A DNA stretch of 64,000 nucleotides from the NCBI RefSeq assembly GCF_036507355.1, contig NZ_AP027877.1; one strand, given 5' to 3'. The first letter of the stretch is position 1; each line of letters opens with the position of its first letter. The DNA comes from Escherichia coli. Its GTDB lineage: Bacteria; Pseudomonadota; Gammaproteobacteria; Enterobacterales; Enterobacteriaceae. The notes beneath the pieces are model-generated. The model was not told where the DNA came from. It searched no databases and worked only from the letters and a program-made list of their open reading frames with translations. The position numbers and the translations under genes were made by a program. Of the stretch, positions 43,877 through 56,919 are shown piece by piece.

Positions 43877-45283
43877 TCAGAAGATGGTGAATGGTGCGAT
43901 TACCATAAATTTCACGTCACGCTCATCCTGGAAGATGTTGCCGTAACCACCGCCCCAGCTTGGGATGTCGGAGTGGTTGTCGTATTCGGTGAAATGCAGT
44001 TTGAACATCGTGCCTTTGGCGCGGCCGTCCTGAATGGTGTAGACCGCATCCAGGCTGTATGCAGACTCTTCAATAGTCCGGTTTTTGTCGTAGTACGCAT
44101 CCGGATTGCTCTGCCAGGTCGCAGGTTTAGCATCCCATGCGTAAACGTAGGAAGCGCCGATGGCGAAGCCTGGAAGATTCCAGTTTTTCAGGTCATACAT
44201 CGCACCGAAGAAGACCGCTTTTTCGCCGTTGGCGTTGAAGTCAGAACGGTTATCCCACCAGATATCCAGGCGACCGTTCGAGGAAGCGTAGGTTGGAGTC
44301 ATACGTTGCAGGAAGTATCCCTGCTGACCGTCAGCTTTAACCCAGGTGCCTTCGAGGCGCAAATCCACTACGTCAGCCGCCCGGTAACCAAAGGTCAACG
44401 CTTGCAGCCAGGCGGTGCCGTCATAAAGATCGTTGACGCTGCGATCGTCAACTTTATCGCGCGTACCGTAGAACTGGTAGCTGGTGGTTAACGGGCTACC
44501 GGCGATATCAAATTTGTAGCTGGCTTTGGCAAAGTATTGATCGATATACCCTTCCGCCTGACCAAATGCCGCTTCCAGTACGAAGTTATTTTTGAAGTCG
44601 TATTTCGCACCGATGGAGTGCAGATAATCAACTTTGGTAGTTTTATCGTTCTGATAAAACTCATCCATTTCCAGATGCCACGGTGCTTTGTATTCGTTGG
44701 TCCACATGTAGGAGAAACTCAACGCACCGGCATCGCCGTAATCAAAATTCGCTCCGGCTTCCGCACCCTGATAGGTACCTGGCATAAAGCTCCAGTGCGG
44801 CGCTAACAGCGTCTGACCGGTTGGCTGAATATAACCTGCCCTCGCCCAAACCGGACCGTATTTAAATTTGGCCGCAGCTTTATACAGGCTTATACCGCTT
44901 TTGTCGCCGGACCAGTCTTCGTCATAGGCTTTATTACTTTTTGAAAACGCGATTTCGTTCGGGTGAGAGCTGTCGCCGTTTTCCGCCATTTCAATCGCCG
45001 TAAACGCAGCAATATCAAGGCCGAACATATCAGCAGCATAACCGGACTGAAAATCGAGGTTGGCATTCCAGGTGGAGTGAGAAAGGTTGGTTTTGTATTT
45101 GTCGCCGTCGGTAACATCTTTACGGTCGCGTTCACGCTGCCAGTAATATATACCGCCGGTTAAGGTTGAATCGTCGATGAATCCTTCGGCGCGAGCCTCC
45201 GGCATTGCCATAAAGCCCGACATTGCTGTAACACCGGCGATAGCCAGCGCCAGCGTACTACGTTTGCCACTAAACGTACGCAT
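43877..45283 (-). CDS. chiP: Chitoporin (OprD-family outer-membrane porin)
   Basis: 468-aa [56 protein letters not shown]... ending in aromatic C-terminal ...VIAPFTIF. Confidence 0.95.
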   Translation of the reverse strand: MRTFSGKRSTLALAIAGVTAMSGFMAMPEARAEGFIDDSTLTGGIYYWQRERDRKDVTDGDKYKTNLSHSTWNANLDFQSGYAADMFGLDIAAFTAIEMAENGDSSHPNEIAFSKSNKAYDEDWSGDKSGISLYKAAAKFKYGPVWARAGYIQPTGQTLLAPHWSFMPGTYQGAEAGANFDYGDAGALSFSYMWTNEYKAPWHLEMDEFYQNDKTTKVDYLHSIGAKYDFKNNFVLEAAFGQAEGYIDQYFAKASYKFDIAGSPLTTSYQFYGTRDKVDDRSVNDLYDGTAWLQALTFGYRAADVVDLRLEGTWVKADGQQGYFLQRMTPTYASSNGRLDIWWDNRSDFNANGEKAVFFGAMYDLKNWNLPGFAIGASYVYAWDAKPATWQSNPDAYYDKNRTIEESAYSLDAVYTIQDGRAKGTMFKLHFTEYDNHSDIPSWGGGYGNIFQDERDVKFMVIAPFTIF

Positions 45284-45684
45284 GGGTTAATCCTCTTTGA
45301 CGTATAAATTGCTGCACCAAAGGTGAACAGCGAAAAAAAATAAAAATTAAAAAAGTAGCGTTGAGAAAAGTCTCGCTGACTACAGGAACAGACTATTTTT
45401 CGCGACGCGAATTATCAATCTCTTTCTGTAACCAGAATGTAAGAACATGAGCAACCGCACATATTTTGATGATTTTTGTTACAAGGCTTAAGTTTGCGGT
45501 TGAAAGGCTTGCAGAAGAATAAAAGCGTGAATTTCCAGCAAGATGAAAGCGGTTACATTTTATTTAATTATGTTTTGTTATTTTAAATTTATTTTATGGA
45601 TAAATTGCGAAGCGGAATTAATTCGCGAAGAAAAGCAGAAAAAACGCCGCTGAACGCGGCGTTTTGGATTGTTTGCATATTTCT

Positions 45685-45850
45685 TGCCGGATGCGGCGTG
45701 AACGCCTTATCCGGCCTACAAAAGCACGCAAACTCAATATATTGCAGAGATCATGTAGGCCTGATAAGCGTAGCGCATCAGGCAATTTAGCGTTTGAAAC
45801 TGTTTGTCTGTTCCTTGCCGGATGTGGCGTAAATGCCTCACCCGGCCTGG
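45685..45850. repeat. REP/BIME cluster between glnS and the chiP upstream region
   Basis: ttgccggatgcggcgtgaacgccttatccggcctac, gtaggcctgataagcgtagcgcatcaggca and ttgccggatgtggcgtaaatgcctcacccggcct units. Confidence 0.6.
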
Positions 45851-45862
45851 TAGAACTTAAAA

Positions 45863-47527
45863 TTACTCGCCTACTTTCGCCCAGGTATCACGCAGCCCAA
45901 CGGTGCGGTTAAATACCGGTTTTTCCGCCGTGGAATGGCGACTGTCGAGGCAGAAGTAACCTTCACGCTCAAACTGGAATGCTTTACCCGCTACCGCATC
46001 TTTCAGCGACGGTTCAGCAAAGCCCTGTTTGATCACCAGCGATTCAGGGTTAATCACCGACAGGAAATCATCCGCAGCACCTGGGTTCGGCACGCTGAAC
46101 AGACGGTCATACAAACGGATTTCAACCGGCAGCGCATGTGCCGCGCTCACCCAGTGAATAACGCCTTTCACTTTACGACCATCAGCCGGATCTTTGCTTA
46201 AGGTGTCGGCGTCATAAGTACAGAAGATGGTGGTGATATTACCTTCGGCATCTTTCTCGACGCGTTCTGCCTTAATCACATAAGCATTACGCAGACGCAC
46301 TTCTTTACCGAGCACCAGACGTTTGTACTGCTTGTTAGCTTCTTCGCGGAAATCGGCGCGATCGATCCAAATCTCACCGCTAAACGGCACCTGACGGCTC
46401 CCCATTTCCGGTTTGTTCGGATGGTTCGGCATGGTAACCATTTCGCCTTCGCCCTGATAGTTTTCGATAACCAGTTTCACCGGATCGATAACCGCCATTG
46501 CGCGCGGGGCGTTTTCGTTGAGATCTTCACGGATGCAGGATTCCAGCGACGCCATCTCAATGGTGTTGTCCTGCTTGGTCACGCCGATGCGTTTGCAGAA
46601 CTCACGAATAGAAGCCGCAGTGTAACCACGACGACGCAGACCGGAAATGGTCGGCATACGCGGGTCATCCCAGCCTTCAACGTGCTTATCGGTCACCAGC
46701 AGGTTCAGCTTACGCTTGGACATCACAGTGTATTCCAGATTCAGGCGCGAGAATTCGTATTGGCGCGGGTGAACAGGAATGGTGATGTTGTCCAGTACCC
46801 AGTCGTACAGACGACGGTTATCCTGGAACTCAAGCGTACACAGAGAGTGCGTAATACCTTCCAGGGCATCGCTGATGCAGTGGGTGAAGTCGTACATCGG
46901 GTAGATGCACCACTTGTTGCCAGTCTGGTGGTGTTCAGCAAATTTAATGCGGTACAGCACCGGATCGCGCATCACGATAAACGGTGAAGCCATGTCGATT
47001 TTCGCACGCAGGCAGGCTTTACCTTCTTCAAAACCGCCGGTACGCATTTTCTCGAACAGCGCCAGGTTCTCTTCAACGCTACGGTCGCGGTACGGGCTGT
47101 TTTTACCCGGCTGCGTCAGGGTGCCGCGGTATTCGCGGATCTGTTCCGGCGTCAGTTCATCAACGTACGCCAGGCCTTTATTGATCAGTTCGATCGCATA
47201 GGCGTGGAGCTGATCAAAATAATCGGAGGAGTAACGGACGTTACCAGACCAGTGAAAACCTAACCACTCTACGTCGTTTTTGATCGAATCGACATACTCG
47301 ATATCTTCTTTTACCGGGTTAGTGTCGTCGAAACGCAGGTTGCACTGGCCTTTATAGTCCTGGGCGATCCCGAAGTTCAGGCAGATAGATTTCGCATGGC
47401 CAATATGCAGATAGCCATTCGGCTCCGGCGGGAAACGGGTGTGTACTGTGGTGTGCTTACCACTGGCCAGATCTTCATCGATGATCTGACGGATAAAGTT
47501 AGTCGGGCGGGCTTCTGCCTCACTCAT
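45863..47527 (-). CDS. glnS: Glutaminyl-tRNA synthetase
   Basis: 554-aa [51 protein letters not shown]... with HIGH and VMSKR class I motifs. Confidence 0.97.
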   Translation of the reverse strand: MSEAEARPTNFIRQIIDEDLASGKHTTVHTRFPPEPNGYLHIGHAKSICLNFGIAQDYKGQCNLRFDDTNPVKEDIEYVDSIKNDVEWLGFHWSGNVRYSSDYFDQLHAYAIELINKGLAYVDELTPEQIREYRGTLTQPGKNSPYRDRSVEENLALFEKMRTGGFEEGKACLRAKIDMASPFIVMRDPVLYRIKFAEHHQTGNKWCIYPMYDFTHCISDALEGITHSLCTLEFQDNRRLYDWVLDNITIPVHPRQYEFSRLNLEYTVMSKRKLNLLVTDKHVEGWDDPRMPTISGLRRRGYTAASIREFCKRIGVTKQDNTIEMASLESCIREDLNENAPRAMAVIDPVKLVIENYQGEGEMVTMPNHPNKPEMGSRQVPFSGEIWIDRADFREEANKQYKRLVLGKEVRLRNAYVIKAERVEKDAEGNITTIFCTYDADTLSKDPADGRKVKGVIHWVSAAHALPVEIRLYDRLFSVPNPGAADDFLSVINPESLVIKQGFAEPSLKDAVAGKAFQFEREGYFCLDSRHSTAEKPVFNRTVGLRDTWAKVGE

Positions 47528-47647
47528 CGTGGATTCCTCAAAGCGTAAACAACGTATAACGGCGTATGATCTTATAAGCGGGACAGGCTGACAACTGTTA
47601 GTTAGCGAAAATCGAAAATCTCACTGAGATTATGGGGATGATTGACG

Positions 47648-47682
47648 AAAAAAAAAGCGGCAGAGAAGATCTCCACCGCTTT
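47648..47682 (-). terminator. Rho-independent terminator downstream of nagE
   Basis: On the minus strand: aagcggtggagatcttctctgccgctt stem followed by a T9 run. Confidence 0.7.
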
Positions 47683-47739
47683 TGCCAGTCCCGCGTCATT
47701 GTTGGATGCGCGTCTTATCCAACCAGGACTGAGCTTTTG

Positions 47740-47778
47740 TAGGCCTGATAAGACGCGTCAAGCGTCGCATCAGGCATA
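47740..47778. repeat. REP unit downstream of nagE
   Basis: gtaggcctgataagacgcgtcaagcgtcgcatcaggca. Confidence 0.55.
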
Positions 47779-47785
47779 AAGCAGA

Positions 47786-49732
47786 TTACTTTTTGATTTC
47801 ATACAGCGGCGTTTGACCCGCCACAACATGCCCCTGAGCTTTAATGATAAGGCCACTGAAATCGTCGATATTGCTGCAAACCACCGGGCTAATCATCGAA
47901 CGGGCGTTAGCGTTCAGGTAATCCAGATCCATTTCCAGAATCGGTTGCCCTGCGCTTACCTGCGCGCCCTCTTCCACCAGACGTTTAAAGCCTTTACCTT
48001 CCAGCGCTACGGTGTCGATACCCATGTGGACGACAATCTCCGCGCCTTTTTCGGTTTCCAGGCAGAACGCGTGGTTGGTGTTGAAGATTTTCACGATTGT
48101 CCCTGCGGCTGGTGATACGACGATTTTATCTGTCGGTTTCACCGCCACACCGTCACCCACCGCTTTGCTGGCGAATGCTTCGTCAGGAACCTGATCCAGT
48201 GCCACGACATCACCGGTAATCGGCGATACCAGCTCCGCGATAGATACCGCGTTTGGTACAGCCTGCGGTTTTGCTACAGGAGCGGCAGTTGCCGGAGTTG
48301 CTTCAGCAGAGGCAGCTGCTACCGGGCCACGGGCAACGACTTTCTTCATCGCATCGCCGATGGATTCTGCTTTCGCGCCAACAATCACCTGAATAGTCTG
48401 TTTGTTCAGTTTTACTACCCCAGAAGCCCCCAGACGTTTACACATCGTATCGTTAACGCGGGCAGAGTCAGCCACTGTAAGGCGCAGACGGGTGATACAG
48501 GCGTCAATTGCTTTCAGGTTGTCAGTGCCGCCAACCGCAGCAATATAGTTGGTCGCCAGTTGATTGAGGCCTTCTTCAGTGTTGCTGTTGGCTTCTTCAG
48601 TAACGATCTCATCTTCTTTATCTTCACGACCCGGCGTTTTCAGGTTGAACATGCGGATAACCAAACTGAACACCACGAAGTAGATAGCGAAGAAGACAAC
48701 ACCCATCACCAGCAGCATCCAGACGTTCTGGCTGGCGGCCGGCAGGTTATACATCAACGCGTAGTCGATAGCCCCCGCAGAGAAAGAGAAGCCGGCATGG
48801 ATACCCAGCAGCGTTGCCACAAACAGGCTGATACCGGTCAGCAGTGCGTGCAGGAGGTACAGCAGCGGAGCAAGGAACATGAACAGGAATTCCAGCGGCT
48901 CAGTCACACCGGTCAGGAACGCAGTAACAGCAACAGAAAGCAGCATCCCGCCAACCATCGGACGACGCTCTTTCGGTGCTGCGAAGTACATCGCCAGCGC
49001 CGCACCCGGCAGACCGAACATCATGATCGGGAAGAAGCCGGACATGAACATCCCCGCGGTGCCGTCACCAGCGTAGAAACGGTTGATGTCGCCGTGGAAA
49101 ACCGTACCCGCCGCGTTGGTGAATTCACCAATCTGGAACCAGGCGATGGTGTTCAGCACCTGATGCAGACCGGTTGGGATCAGCAGACGGTTGATGAAAC
49201 CAAAGATACCGGAACCCAGCGCGCCCGCAGAAACGATCCACTCGCCGCCTGCATGGATAGCGTGCTGTACCGGCGGCCAGACATAACCAAAAATGGCCGC
49301 CAGCACCAGGCAGAAGAAGCCGGTGGCGATCGGCACAAAGCGTTTGCCGCCAAAGAAGCTCAGGAAGTCCGGCAGTTTAATATCGGACCAACGGTTATAG
49401 GCTGCGCCACCAACCAGACCGGTAATGATACCCGCCAGTACACCCATGTTAATTTCTGGGTTGATGGTCACCATCGCTTTGGTTAACACAAAGTAACCTA
49501 CCGCACCCGCCAGCGCCGCCGCACCTGCGCTGTCTTTCGACCAGCTGGATGCCACACCGATGGCGAAGATTAATGCGAGGTTATCAAAAATCGCACCGCC
49601 CGCCTGGGCAATAAACGCAACGTTAAGTAAATCTGGCTGACCGAATCGCAGCAACAGTGCCGCCACCGGCAGCACCGCGATAGGGAGCTGTAACGCCCTA
49701 CCGAGTCGCTGGAAAAAACCTAAAATATTCAT
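47786..49732 (-). CDS. nagE: PTS N-acetylglucosamine-specific EIICBA component
   Basis: 648-aa ORF MNILGFFQRLGRALQLPIAVLPVAALLLRFGQPDLLNVAFIAQAGGAIFDN...; membrane EIIC followed by EIIB and EIIA domains. Confidence 0.96.
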   Translation of the reverse strand: MNILGFFQRLGRALQLPIAVLPVAALLLRFGQPDLLNVAFIAQAGGAIFDNLALIFAIGVASSWSKDSAGAAALAGAVGYFVLTKAMVTINPEINMGVLAGIITGLVGGAAYNRWSDIKLPDFLSFFGGKRFVPIATGFFCLVLAAIFGYVWPPVQHAIHAGGEWIVSAGALGSGIFGFINRLLIPTGLHQVLNTIAWFQIGEFTNAAGTVFHGDINRFYAGDGTAGMFMSGFFPIMMFGLPGAALAMYFAAPKERRPMVGGMLLSVAVTAFLTGVTEPLEFLFMFLAPLLYLLHALLTGISLFVATLLGIHAGFSFSAGAIDYALMYNLPAASQNVWMLLVMGVVFFAIYFVVFSLVIRMFNLKTPGREDKEDEIVTEEANSNTEEGLNQLATNYIAAVGGTDNLKAIDACITRLRLTVADSARVNDTMCKRLGASGVVKLNKQTIQVIVGAKAESIGDAMKKVVARGPVAAASAEATPATAAPVAKPQAVPNAVSIAELVSPITGDVVALDQVPDEAFASKAVGDGVAVKPTDKIVVSPAAGTIVKIFNTNHAFCLETEKGAEIVVHMGIDTVALEGKGFKRLVEEGAQVSAGQPILEMDLDYLNANARSMISPVVCSNIDDFSGLIIKAQGHVVAGQTPLYEIKK

Positions 49733-50064
49733 CTTATTCCCCCTACGAGAACCCTATTTGGCTCGTTTAAAGCCGTATTTTTATTGTGCTGCAAATTGTA
49801 CTGCCGATGTTCTGTAATCAGATTGTTAGATCATCTGCCACAGAGTGTGTGAAAATTTAATTCGTATCGCAAATTAAACGCGTGTCTTTTGTGAGTTTTG
49901 TCACCAAATATCGTTATCATCACTCCCTTTTACTGGCTAAATCAGAAAACTTATTTTATCATTCAAAAAATCAGGTCGGATTGACGCCTGTCTGCGCAAA
50001 TCCAAGTTACGCTTAAAGATGCCTAATCCGCCAACGGCTTACATTTTACTTATTGAGGTGAATA
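49733..50064. promoter_or_regulatory. Divergent nagE / nagBACD promoter-operator region
   Basis: Non-coding spacer between divergent nagE (-) and nagB (+). Established knowledge places NagC operators and a CRP site here; not mapped base-by-base. Confidence 0.6.
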
Positions 50065-52073
<2,009 letters not shown>

Positions 52074-52081
52074 GAGAAAGT

Positions 52082-53302
52082 ATGACACCAGGCGGACAAG
52101 CTCAGATAGGTAATGTTGATCTCGTAAAACAGCTTAACAGCGCGGCGGTTTATCGCCTGATTGACCAGTACGGGCCAATCTCGCGGATTCAGATTGCCGA
52201 GCAAAGCCAGCTTGCCCCCGCCAGCGTAACCAAAATTACGCGTCAGCTTATCGAACGCGGGCTGATCAAAGAAGTTGATCAGCAGGCCTCCACCGGGGGC
52301 CGCCGCGCTATCTCTATCGTCACCGAAACCCGCAATTTCCACGCAATCGGCGTACGGCTTGGTCGTCACGACGCCACCATCACCCTGTTTGATCTCAGCA
52401 GCAAAGTGCTGGCAGAAGAACATTACCCGCTGCCGGAACGTACCCAGCAGACGCTGGAACATGCCCTGCTGAATGCCATTGCTCAGTTTATTGATAGCTA
52501 CCAGCGCAAACTGCGCGAGCTGATCGCCATTTCCGTTATCCTGCCAGGGCTTGTTGACCCGGACAGCGGCAAAATTCATTACATGCCGCATATTCAGGTA
52601 GAAAACTGGGGGCTGGTAGAAGCACTGGAAGAGCGTTTTAAAGTGACCTGTTTCGTTGGTCACGATATCCGTAGTCTGGCGCTGGCGGAGCACTACTTCG
52701 GTGCAAGTCAGGATTGCGAAGACTCCATTCTGGTGCGTGTCCATCGCGGAACCGGGGCCGGGATTATCTCTAACGGGCGCATTTTTATTGGCCGCAACGG
52801 TAACGTCGGTGAAATTGGCCATATTCAGGTCGAACCGCTGGGTGAACGCTGCCACTGCGGCAACTTTGGCTGCCTGGAAACTATCGCTGCCAACGCCGCT
52901 ATTGAACAACGGGTGTTGAATCTGTTAAAGCAGGGCTACCAGAGCCGCGTGCCGCTGGACGACTGCACCATCAAAACTATCTGCAAAGCCGCGAACAAAG
53001 GCGATAGCCTGGCCTCGGAAGTGATTGAGTATGTCGGTCGTCATCTGGGCAAAACCATCGCCATTGCCATCAACCTGTTTAACCCGCAAAAAATTGTTAT
53101 TGCCGGAGAAATCACGGAAGCCGATAAAGTGCTGCTCCCTGCTATTGAAAGCTGCATTAATACTCAGGCGCTGAAGGCGTTTCGTACTAATCTGCCGGTG
53201 GTACGTTCTGAGCTGGATCACCGCTCGGCAATCGGCGCTTTTGCGCTGGTAAAACGCGCCATGCTCAACGGTATTTTGCTCCAGCATTTGCTGGAAAATT
53301 AA
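52082..53302 (+). CDS. nagC: ROK-family transcriptional repressor of the nag regulon
   Basis: 406-aa ORF MTPGGQAQIGNVDLVKQLNSAAVYRLIDQYGPISRIQIAEQSQLAPASVTKITRQLIERGLI... with N-terminal HTH and ROK sugar-kinase-like domain. Confidence 0.96.
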   Translation: MTPGGQAQIGNVDLVKQLNSAAVYRLIDQYGPISRIQIAEQSQLAPASVTKITRQLIERGLIKEVDQQASTGGRRAISIVTETRNFHAIGVRLGRHDATITLFDLSSKVLAEEHYPLPERTQQTLEHALLNAIAQFIDSYQRKLRELIAISVILPGLVDPDSGKIHYMPHIQVENWGLVEALEERFKVTCFVGHDIRSLALAEHYFGASQDCEDSILVRVHRGTGAGIISNGRIFIGRNGNVGEIGHIQVEPLGERCHCGNFGCLETIAANAAIEQRVLNLLKQGYQSRVPLDDCTIKTICKAANKGDSLASEVIEYVGRHLGKTIAIAINLFNPQKIVIAGEITEADKVLLPAIESCINTQALKAFRTNLPVVRSELDHRSAIGAFALVKRAMLNGILLQHLLEN

Positions 53303-53349
53303 TGTGCTTTTATAGTGGCGCTTATTGTTGTCAATATTCTGGGTAGTCC

Positions 53350-54102
53350 ATGACCATTAAAAATGTAATTTGCGATATCGACGGCGTGCTGATGCACGAT
53401 AACGTCGCCGTACCGGGTGCAGCGGAATTTTTGCACGGGATTATGGATAAAGGCCTGCCGCTGGTGTTGCTGACCAACTATCCTTCGCAGACCGGGCAAG
53501 ATCTGGCGAACCGCTTTGCCACTGCCGGTGTCGATGTACCTGACAGCGTGTTTTATACCTCTGCGATGGCGACCGCCGATTTCCTGCGTCGCCAGGAAGG
53601 CAAGAAAGCGTATGTGGTGGGCGAAGGCGCGCTGATTCATGAGCTGTACAAAGCCGGTTTCACTATTACCGATGTGAACCCTGATTTTGTGATTGTTGGC
53701 GAAACTCGTTCCTACAACTGGGACATGATGCATAAAGCAGCTTATTTCGTCGCTAACGGTGCACGCTTTATCGCCACCAACCCGGACACCCACGGGCGCG
53801 GTTTTTATCCGGCCTGTGGCGCGTTGTGTGCAGGGATTGAGAAAATCTCCGGGCGCAAACCATTCTATGTGGGTAAGCCGAGTCCGTGGATCATCCGCGC
53901 GGCATTAAACAAAATGCAGGCCCACTCGGAAGAAACGGTGATTGTCGGCGATAACCTGCGTACCGACATTCTGGCGGGCTTCCAGGCGGGTCTGGAGACG
54001 ATTCTGGTGCTTTCTGGTGTTTCATCGCTCGACGATATCGACAGTATGCCTTTCCGCCCAAGCTGGATTTACCCGTCAGTCGCTGAAATCGACGTTATCT
54101 GA
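53350..54102 (+). CDS. nagD: UMP phosphatase (HAD superfamily)
   Basis: 250-aa ORF MTIKNVICDIDGVLMHDNVAVPGAAEFLHGIMDKGLPLVLLTNYPSQTG... with DxDG HAD motif. Confidence 0.95.
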   Translation: MTIKNVICDIDGVLMHDNVAVPGAAEFLHGIMDKGLPLVLLTNYPSQTGQDLANRFATAGVDVPDSVFYTSAMATADFLRRQEGKKAYVVGEGALIHELYKAGFTITDVNPDFVIVGETRSYNWDMMHKAAYFVANGARFIATNPDTHGRGFYPACGALCAGIEKISGRKPFYVGKPSPWIIRAALNKMQAHSEETVIVGDNLRTDILAGFQAGLETILVLSGVSSLDDIDSMPFRPSWIYPSVAEIDVI

Positions 54103-54107
54103 ATAGC

Positions 54108-54140
54108 AACCACGTCTCAGGACGTGGTTTCTTATTTTTA
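54108..54140 (+). terminator. Rho-independent terminator downstream of nagD
   Basis: aaccacgtc-tcag-gacgtggtt stem followed by a T-rich run. Confidence 0.7.
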
Positions 54141-54358
54141 CCCATCATTAAAATCATTCCATTCAATAAAACCCGCCAAAAATTATCGATCCATCAATAA
54201 ATACATCACCGCACCCTCCCCTTTTTCACAAATCAGCAATCACCATTACGTTTTTTATTTTTTCACCGCCAAATCGCTTGCGCACAGTGCTGCTTTGCGG
54301 CATTTTTTTAAACAAGCAAACACAACAAGCAACAAATACCAGGTTAACGGAGAAGGTT

Positions 54359-56023
54359 ATGTGTTCAATTTTTGGCGTATTCGATATCAAAACAGACGCA
54401 GTTGAGCTGCGGAAGAAAGCACTCGAGCTGTCACGCCTGATGCGTCATCGTGGCCCGGACTGGTCCGGTATTTATGCCAGCGATAACGCCATTCTCGCCC
54501 ACGAACGTCTGTCAATTGTTGACGTTAACGCGGGGGCGCAACCTCTCTATAACCAACAAAAAACTCATGTACTGGCGGTAAACGGTGAAATCTACAACCA
54601 CCAGGCATTGCGCGCTGAATATGGCGATCGTTATCAGTTCCAGACAGGGTCTGACTGTGAAGTGATCCTCGCGCTGTATCAGGAAAAAGGGCCGGAATTT
54701 CTCGACGACTTGCAGGGCATGTTTGCCTTTGCCCTGTACGACAGCGAAAAAGATGCCTACCTGATTGGTCGCGACCATCTGGGGATCATCCCACTGTATA
54801 TGGGCTATGACGAACACGGTCAGCTGTATGTGGCCTCAGAAATGAAAGCGCTGGTGCCAGTTTGCCGCACGATTAAAGAGTTCCCGGCGGGGAGCTATTT
54901 GTGGAGCCAGGACGGCGAAATCCGTTCTTACTATCATCGCGACTGGTTCGACTACGATGCGGTGAAAGATAACGTGACCGACAAAAACGAGCTGCGTCAG
55001 GCTCTGGAAGATTCCGTTAAAAGCCATCTGATGTCTGATGTGCCTTACGGTGTGCTGCTTTCTGGTGGTCTGGATTCCTCAATTATTTCCGCTATCACCA
55101 AGAAATACGCAGCCCGTCGCGTGGAAGATCAGGAACGCTCTGAAGCCTGGTGGCCGCAGTTACACTCCTTTGCTGTAGGCCTGCCGGGTTCACCGGATCT
55201 GAAAGCAGCCCAGGAAGTGGCAAACCATCTGGGCACGGTGCATCACGAAATTCACTTCACTGTACAGGAAGGTCTGGATGCCATCCGCGACGTGATTTAC
55301 CACATCGAAACCTATGATGTGACCACTATTCGCGCTTCAACACCGATGTATTTAATGTCGCGTAAGATCAAAGCGATGGGCATTAAAATGGTGCTGTCCG
55401 GTGAAGGTTCTGATGAAGTGTTTGGCGGTTATCTTTACTTCCACAAAGCGCCGAACGCTAAAGAACTGCATGAAGAGACGGTGCGTAAATTGCTAGCCCT
55501 GCATATGTATGACTGCGCCCGTGCCAACAAAGCGATGTCCGCCTGGGGCGTGGAAGCACGCGTTCCGTTCCTCGATAAGAAATTCCTTGATGTGGCGATG
55601 CGTATTAACCCACAGGATAAAATGTGCGGTAACGGCAAGATGGAAAAACACATCCTGCGTGAATGTTTTGAGTCGTACCTGCCTGCAAGTGTTGCCTGGC
55701 GGCAGAAAGAGCAGTTCTCCGATGGCGTCGGTTACAGTTGGATCGACACCCTGAAAGAAGTGGCGGCGCAGCAGGTTTCTGATCAGCAACTGGAAACTGC
55801 CCGCTTCCGCTTCCCGTACAACACGCCGACCTCAAAAGAAGCGTATCTGTACCGGGAGATCTTTGAAGAACTGTTCCCGCTTCCAAGCGCCGCTGAGTGC
55901 GTGCCGGGCGGTCCTTCCGTCGCGTGTTCTTCCGCTAAAGCGATCGAATGGGATGAAGCGTTCAAGAAAATGGACGATCCGTCTGGTCGTGCGGTTGGTG
56001 TTCACCAGTCGCCGTATAAGTAA
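54359..56023 (+). CDS. asnB: Asparagine synthetase B (glutamine-hydrolysing)
   Basis: Start placed at MCSIFGVFDIKTDAVELRKKALELSRLMRHRGPDWSGIYASD (554 aa; the catalytic Cys follows the initiator Met) inside track ORF 54278..56023. Confidence 0.96.
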   Translation: MCSIFGVFDIKTDAVELRKKALELSRLMRHRGPDWSGIYASDNAILAHERLSIVDVNAGAQPLYNQQKTHVLAVNGEIYNHQALRAEYGDRYQFQTGSDCEVILALYQEKGPEFLDDLQGMFAFALYDSEKDAYLIGRDHLGIIPLYMGYDEHGQLYVASEMKALVPVCRTIKEFPAGSYLWSQDGEIRSYYHRDWFDYDAVKDNVTDKNELRQALEDSVKSHLMSDVPYGVLLSGGLDSSIISAITKKYAARRVEDQERSEAWWPQLHSFAVGLPGSPDLKAAQEVANHLGTVHHEIHFTVQEGLDAIRDVIYHIETYDVTTIRASTPMYLMSRKIKAMGIKMVLSGEGSDEVFGGYLYFHKAPNAKELHEETVRKLLALHMYDCARANKAMSAWGVEARVPFLDKKFLDVAMRINPQDKMCGNGKMEKHILRECFESYLPASVAWRQKEQFSDGVGYSWIDTLKEVAAQQVSDQQLETARFRFPYNTPTSKEAYLYREIFEELFPLPSAAECVPGGPSVACSSAKAIEWDEAFKKMDDPSGRAVGVHQSPYK

Positions 56024-56032
56024 GAAATGCGA

Positions 56033-56066
56033 AACAGCCCCGGTGAAATCCGGGGCTGTTTCAGTT
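56033..56066 (+). terminator. Rho-independent terminator downstream of asnB
   Basis: aacagccccgg-tgaaat-ccggggctgtt stem with a weak T tract. Confidence 0.65.
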
Positions 56067-56333
56067 ATTGAGGTGCTTGTTGATTCTGATATGCAGTAAG
56101 GAAATGTTCCGGGTTTGCCACATCACTGTTTGACAACTCATCACTGTAGGCCAGTATTTCATAGATTAATTTCCCACCACTATTGTTTAATTCCGAATTT
56201 CATCCTGTATGACAAAAGAATGGCTGTAGGGTGGGAAAAAACACAAAGTAAACAATAATTGACGAATATAGCGCCACGCTGTTCGCAACCTAACCAAACA
56301 GTCACTTTCGAGCAATTTTCCTTGAAAAAGAGG

Positions 56334-56362
56334 TTGACGCTGCAAGGCTCTATACGCATAAT
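56334..56362 (+). promoter_or_regulatory. Promoter of the metT tRNA operon (sigma70 type, GC-rich discriminator)
   Basis: TTGACG, 17-bp spacer, CATAAT, followed by gcgccccgc; typical stable-RNA promoter architecture about 40 bp upstream of the first tRNA. Confidence 0.55.
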
Positions 56363-56402
56363 GCGCCCCGCAACGCCGATAAGGTATCGCGAAAAAAAAG
56401 AT

Positions 56403-56479
56403 GGCTACGTAGCTCAGTTGGTTAGAGCACATCACTCATAATGATGGGGTCACAGGTTCGAATCCCGTCGTAGCCACCA
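56403..56479 (+). tRNA. metT: tRNA-Met (elongator, anticodon CAU)
   Basis: ggctacgtagctcagttggttagagcacatcactcataatgatggggtcacaggttcgaatcccgtcgtagccacca; cloverleaf with CAT anticodon and encoded CCA. Confidence 0.95.
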
Positions 56480-56487
56480 TCTTTTTT

Positions 56488-56572
56488 GCGGGAGTGGCGA
56501 AATTGGTAGACGCACCAGATTTAGGTTCTGGCGCCGCAAGGTGTGCGAGTTCAAGTCTCGCCTCCCGCACCA
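56488..56572 (+). tRNA. leuW: tRNA-Leu (anticodon UAG, long variable arm)
   Basis: gcgggagtggcgaaattggtagacgcaccagatttaggttctggcgccgcaaggtgtgcgagttcaagtctcgcctcccgcacca. Confidence 0.93.
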
Positions 56573-56595
56573 TTCACCAGAAAGCGTTGTACGGA

Positions 56596-56670
56596 TGGGG
56601 TATCGCCAAGCGGTAAGGCACCGGTTTTTGATACCGGCATTCCCTGGTTCGAATCCAGGTACCCCAGCCA
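56596..56670 (+). tRNA. glnU: tRNA-Gln (anticodon UUG)
   Basis: tggggtatcgccaagcggtaaggcaccggtttttgataccggcattccctggttcgaatccaggtaccccagcca; anticodon loop ttTTGat. Confidence 0.93.
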
Positions 56671-56704
56671 TCTTCTTCGAGTAAGCGGTTCACCGCCCGG
56701 TTAT

Positions 56705-56779
56705 TGGGGTATCGCCAAGCGGTAAGGCACCGGTTTTTGATACCGGCATTCCCTGGTTCGAATCCAGGTACCCCAGCCA
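56705..56779 (+). tRNA. glnW: tRNA-Gln (anticodon UUG), second copy
   Basis: Identical to the preceding tRNA-Gln(UUG) sequence. Confidence 0.93.
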
Positions 56780-56794
56780 TCGAAGAAACAATCT

Positions 56795-56871
56795 GGCTAC
56801 GTAGCTCAGTTGGTTAGAGCACATCACTCATAATGATGGGGTCACAGGTTCGAATCCCGTCGTAGCCACCA
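56795..56871 (+). tRNA. metU: tRNA-Met (elongator), second copy
   Basis: Identical to the metT sequence. Confidence 0.93.
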
Positions 56872-56919
56872 AATTCTGAATGTGTCGAATATGTTCGGCA
56901 AATTCAAAAACCAATTTGT

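Noticed and set aside
45596-45912. Small ORFs (64 and 82 aa) in the glnS-chiP spacer
   Set aside because: Composed of REP palindromes (translations such as LAGCGVNALSGL repeat the REP consensus); these are repeat DNA, not genes.
54124-54405. 93-aa ORF upstream of asnB
   Set aside because: Spans the nagD terminator and asnB promoter and reads into the asnB start in another frame; low-complexity translation.
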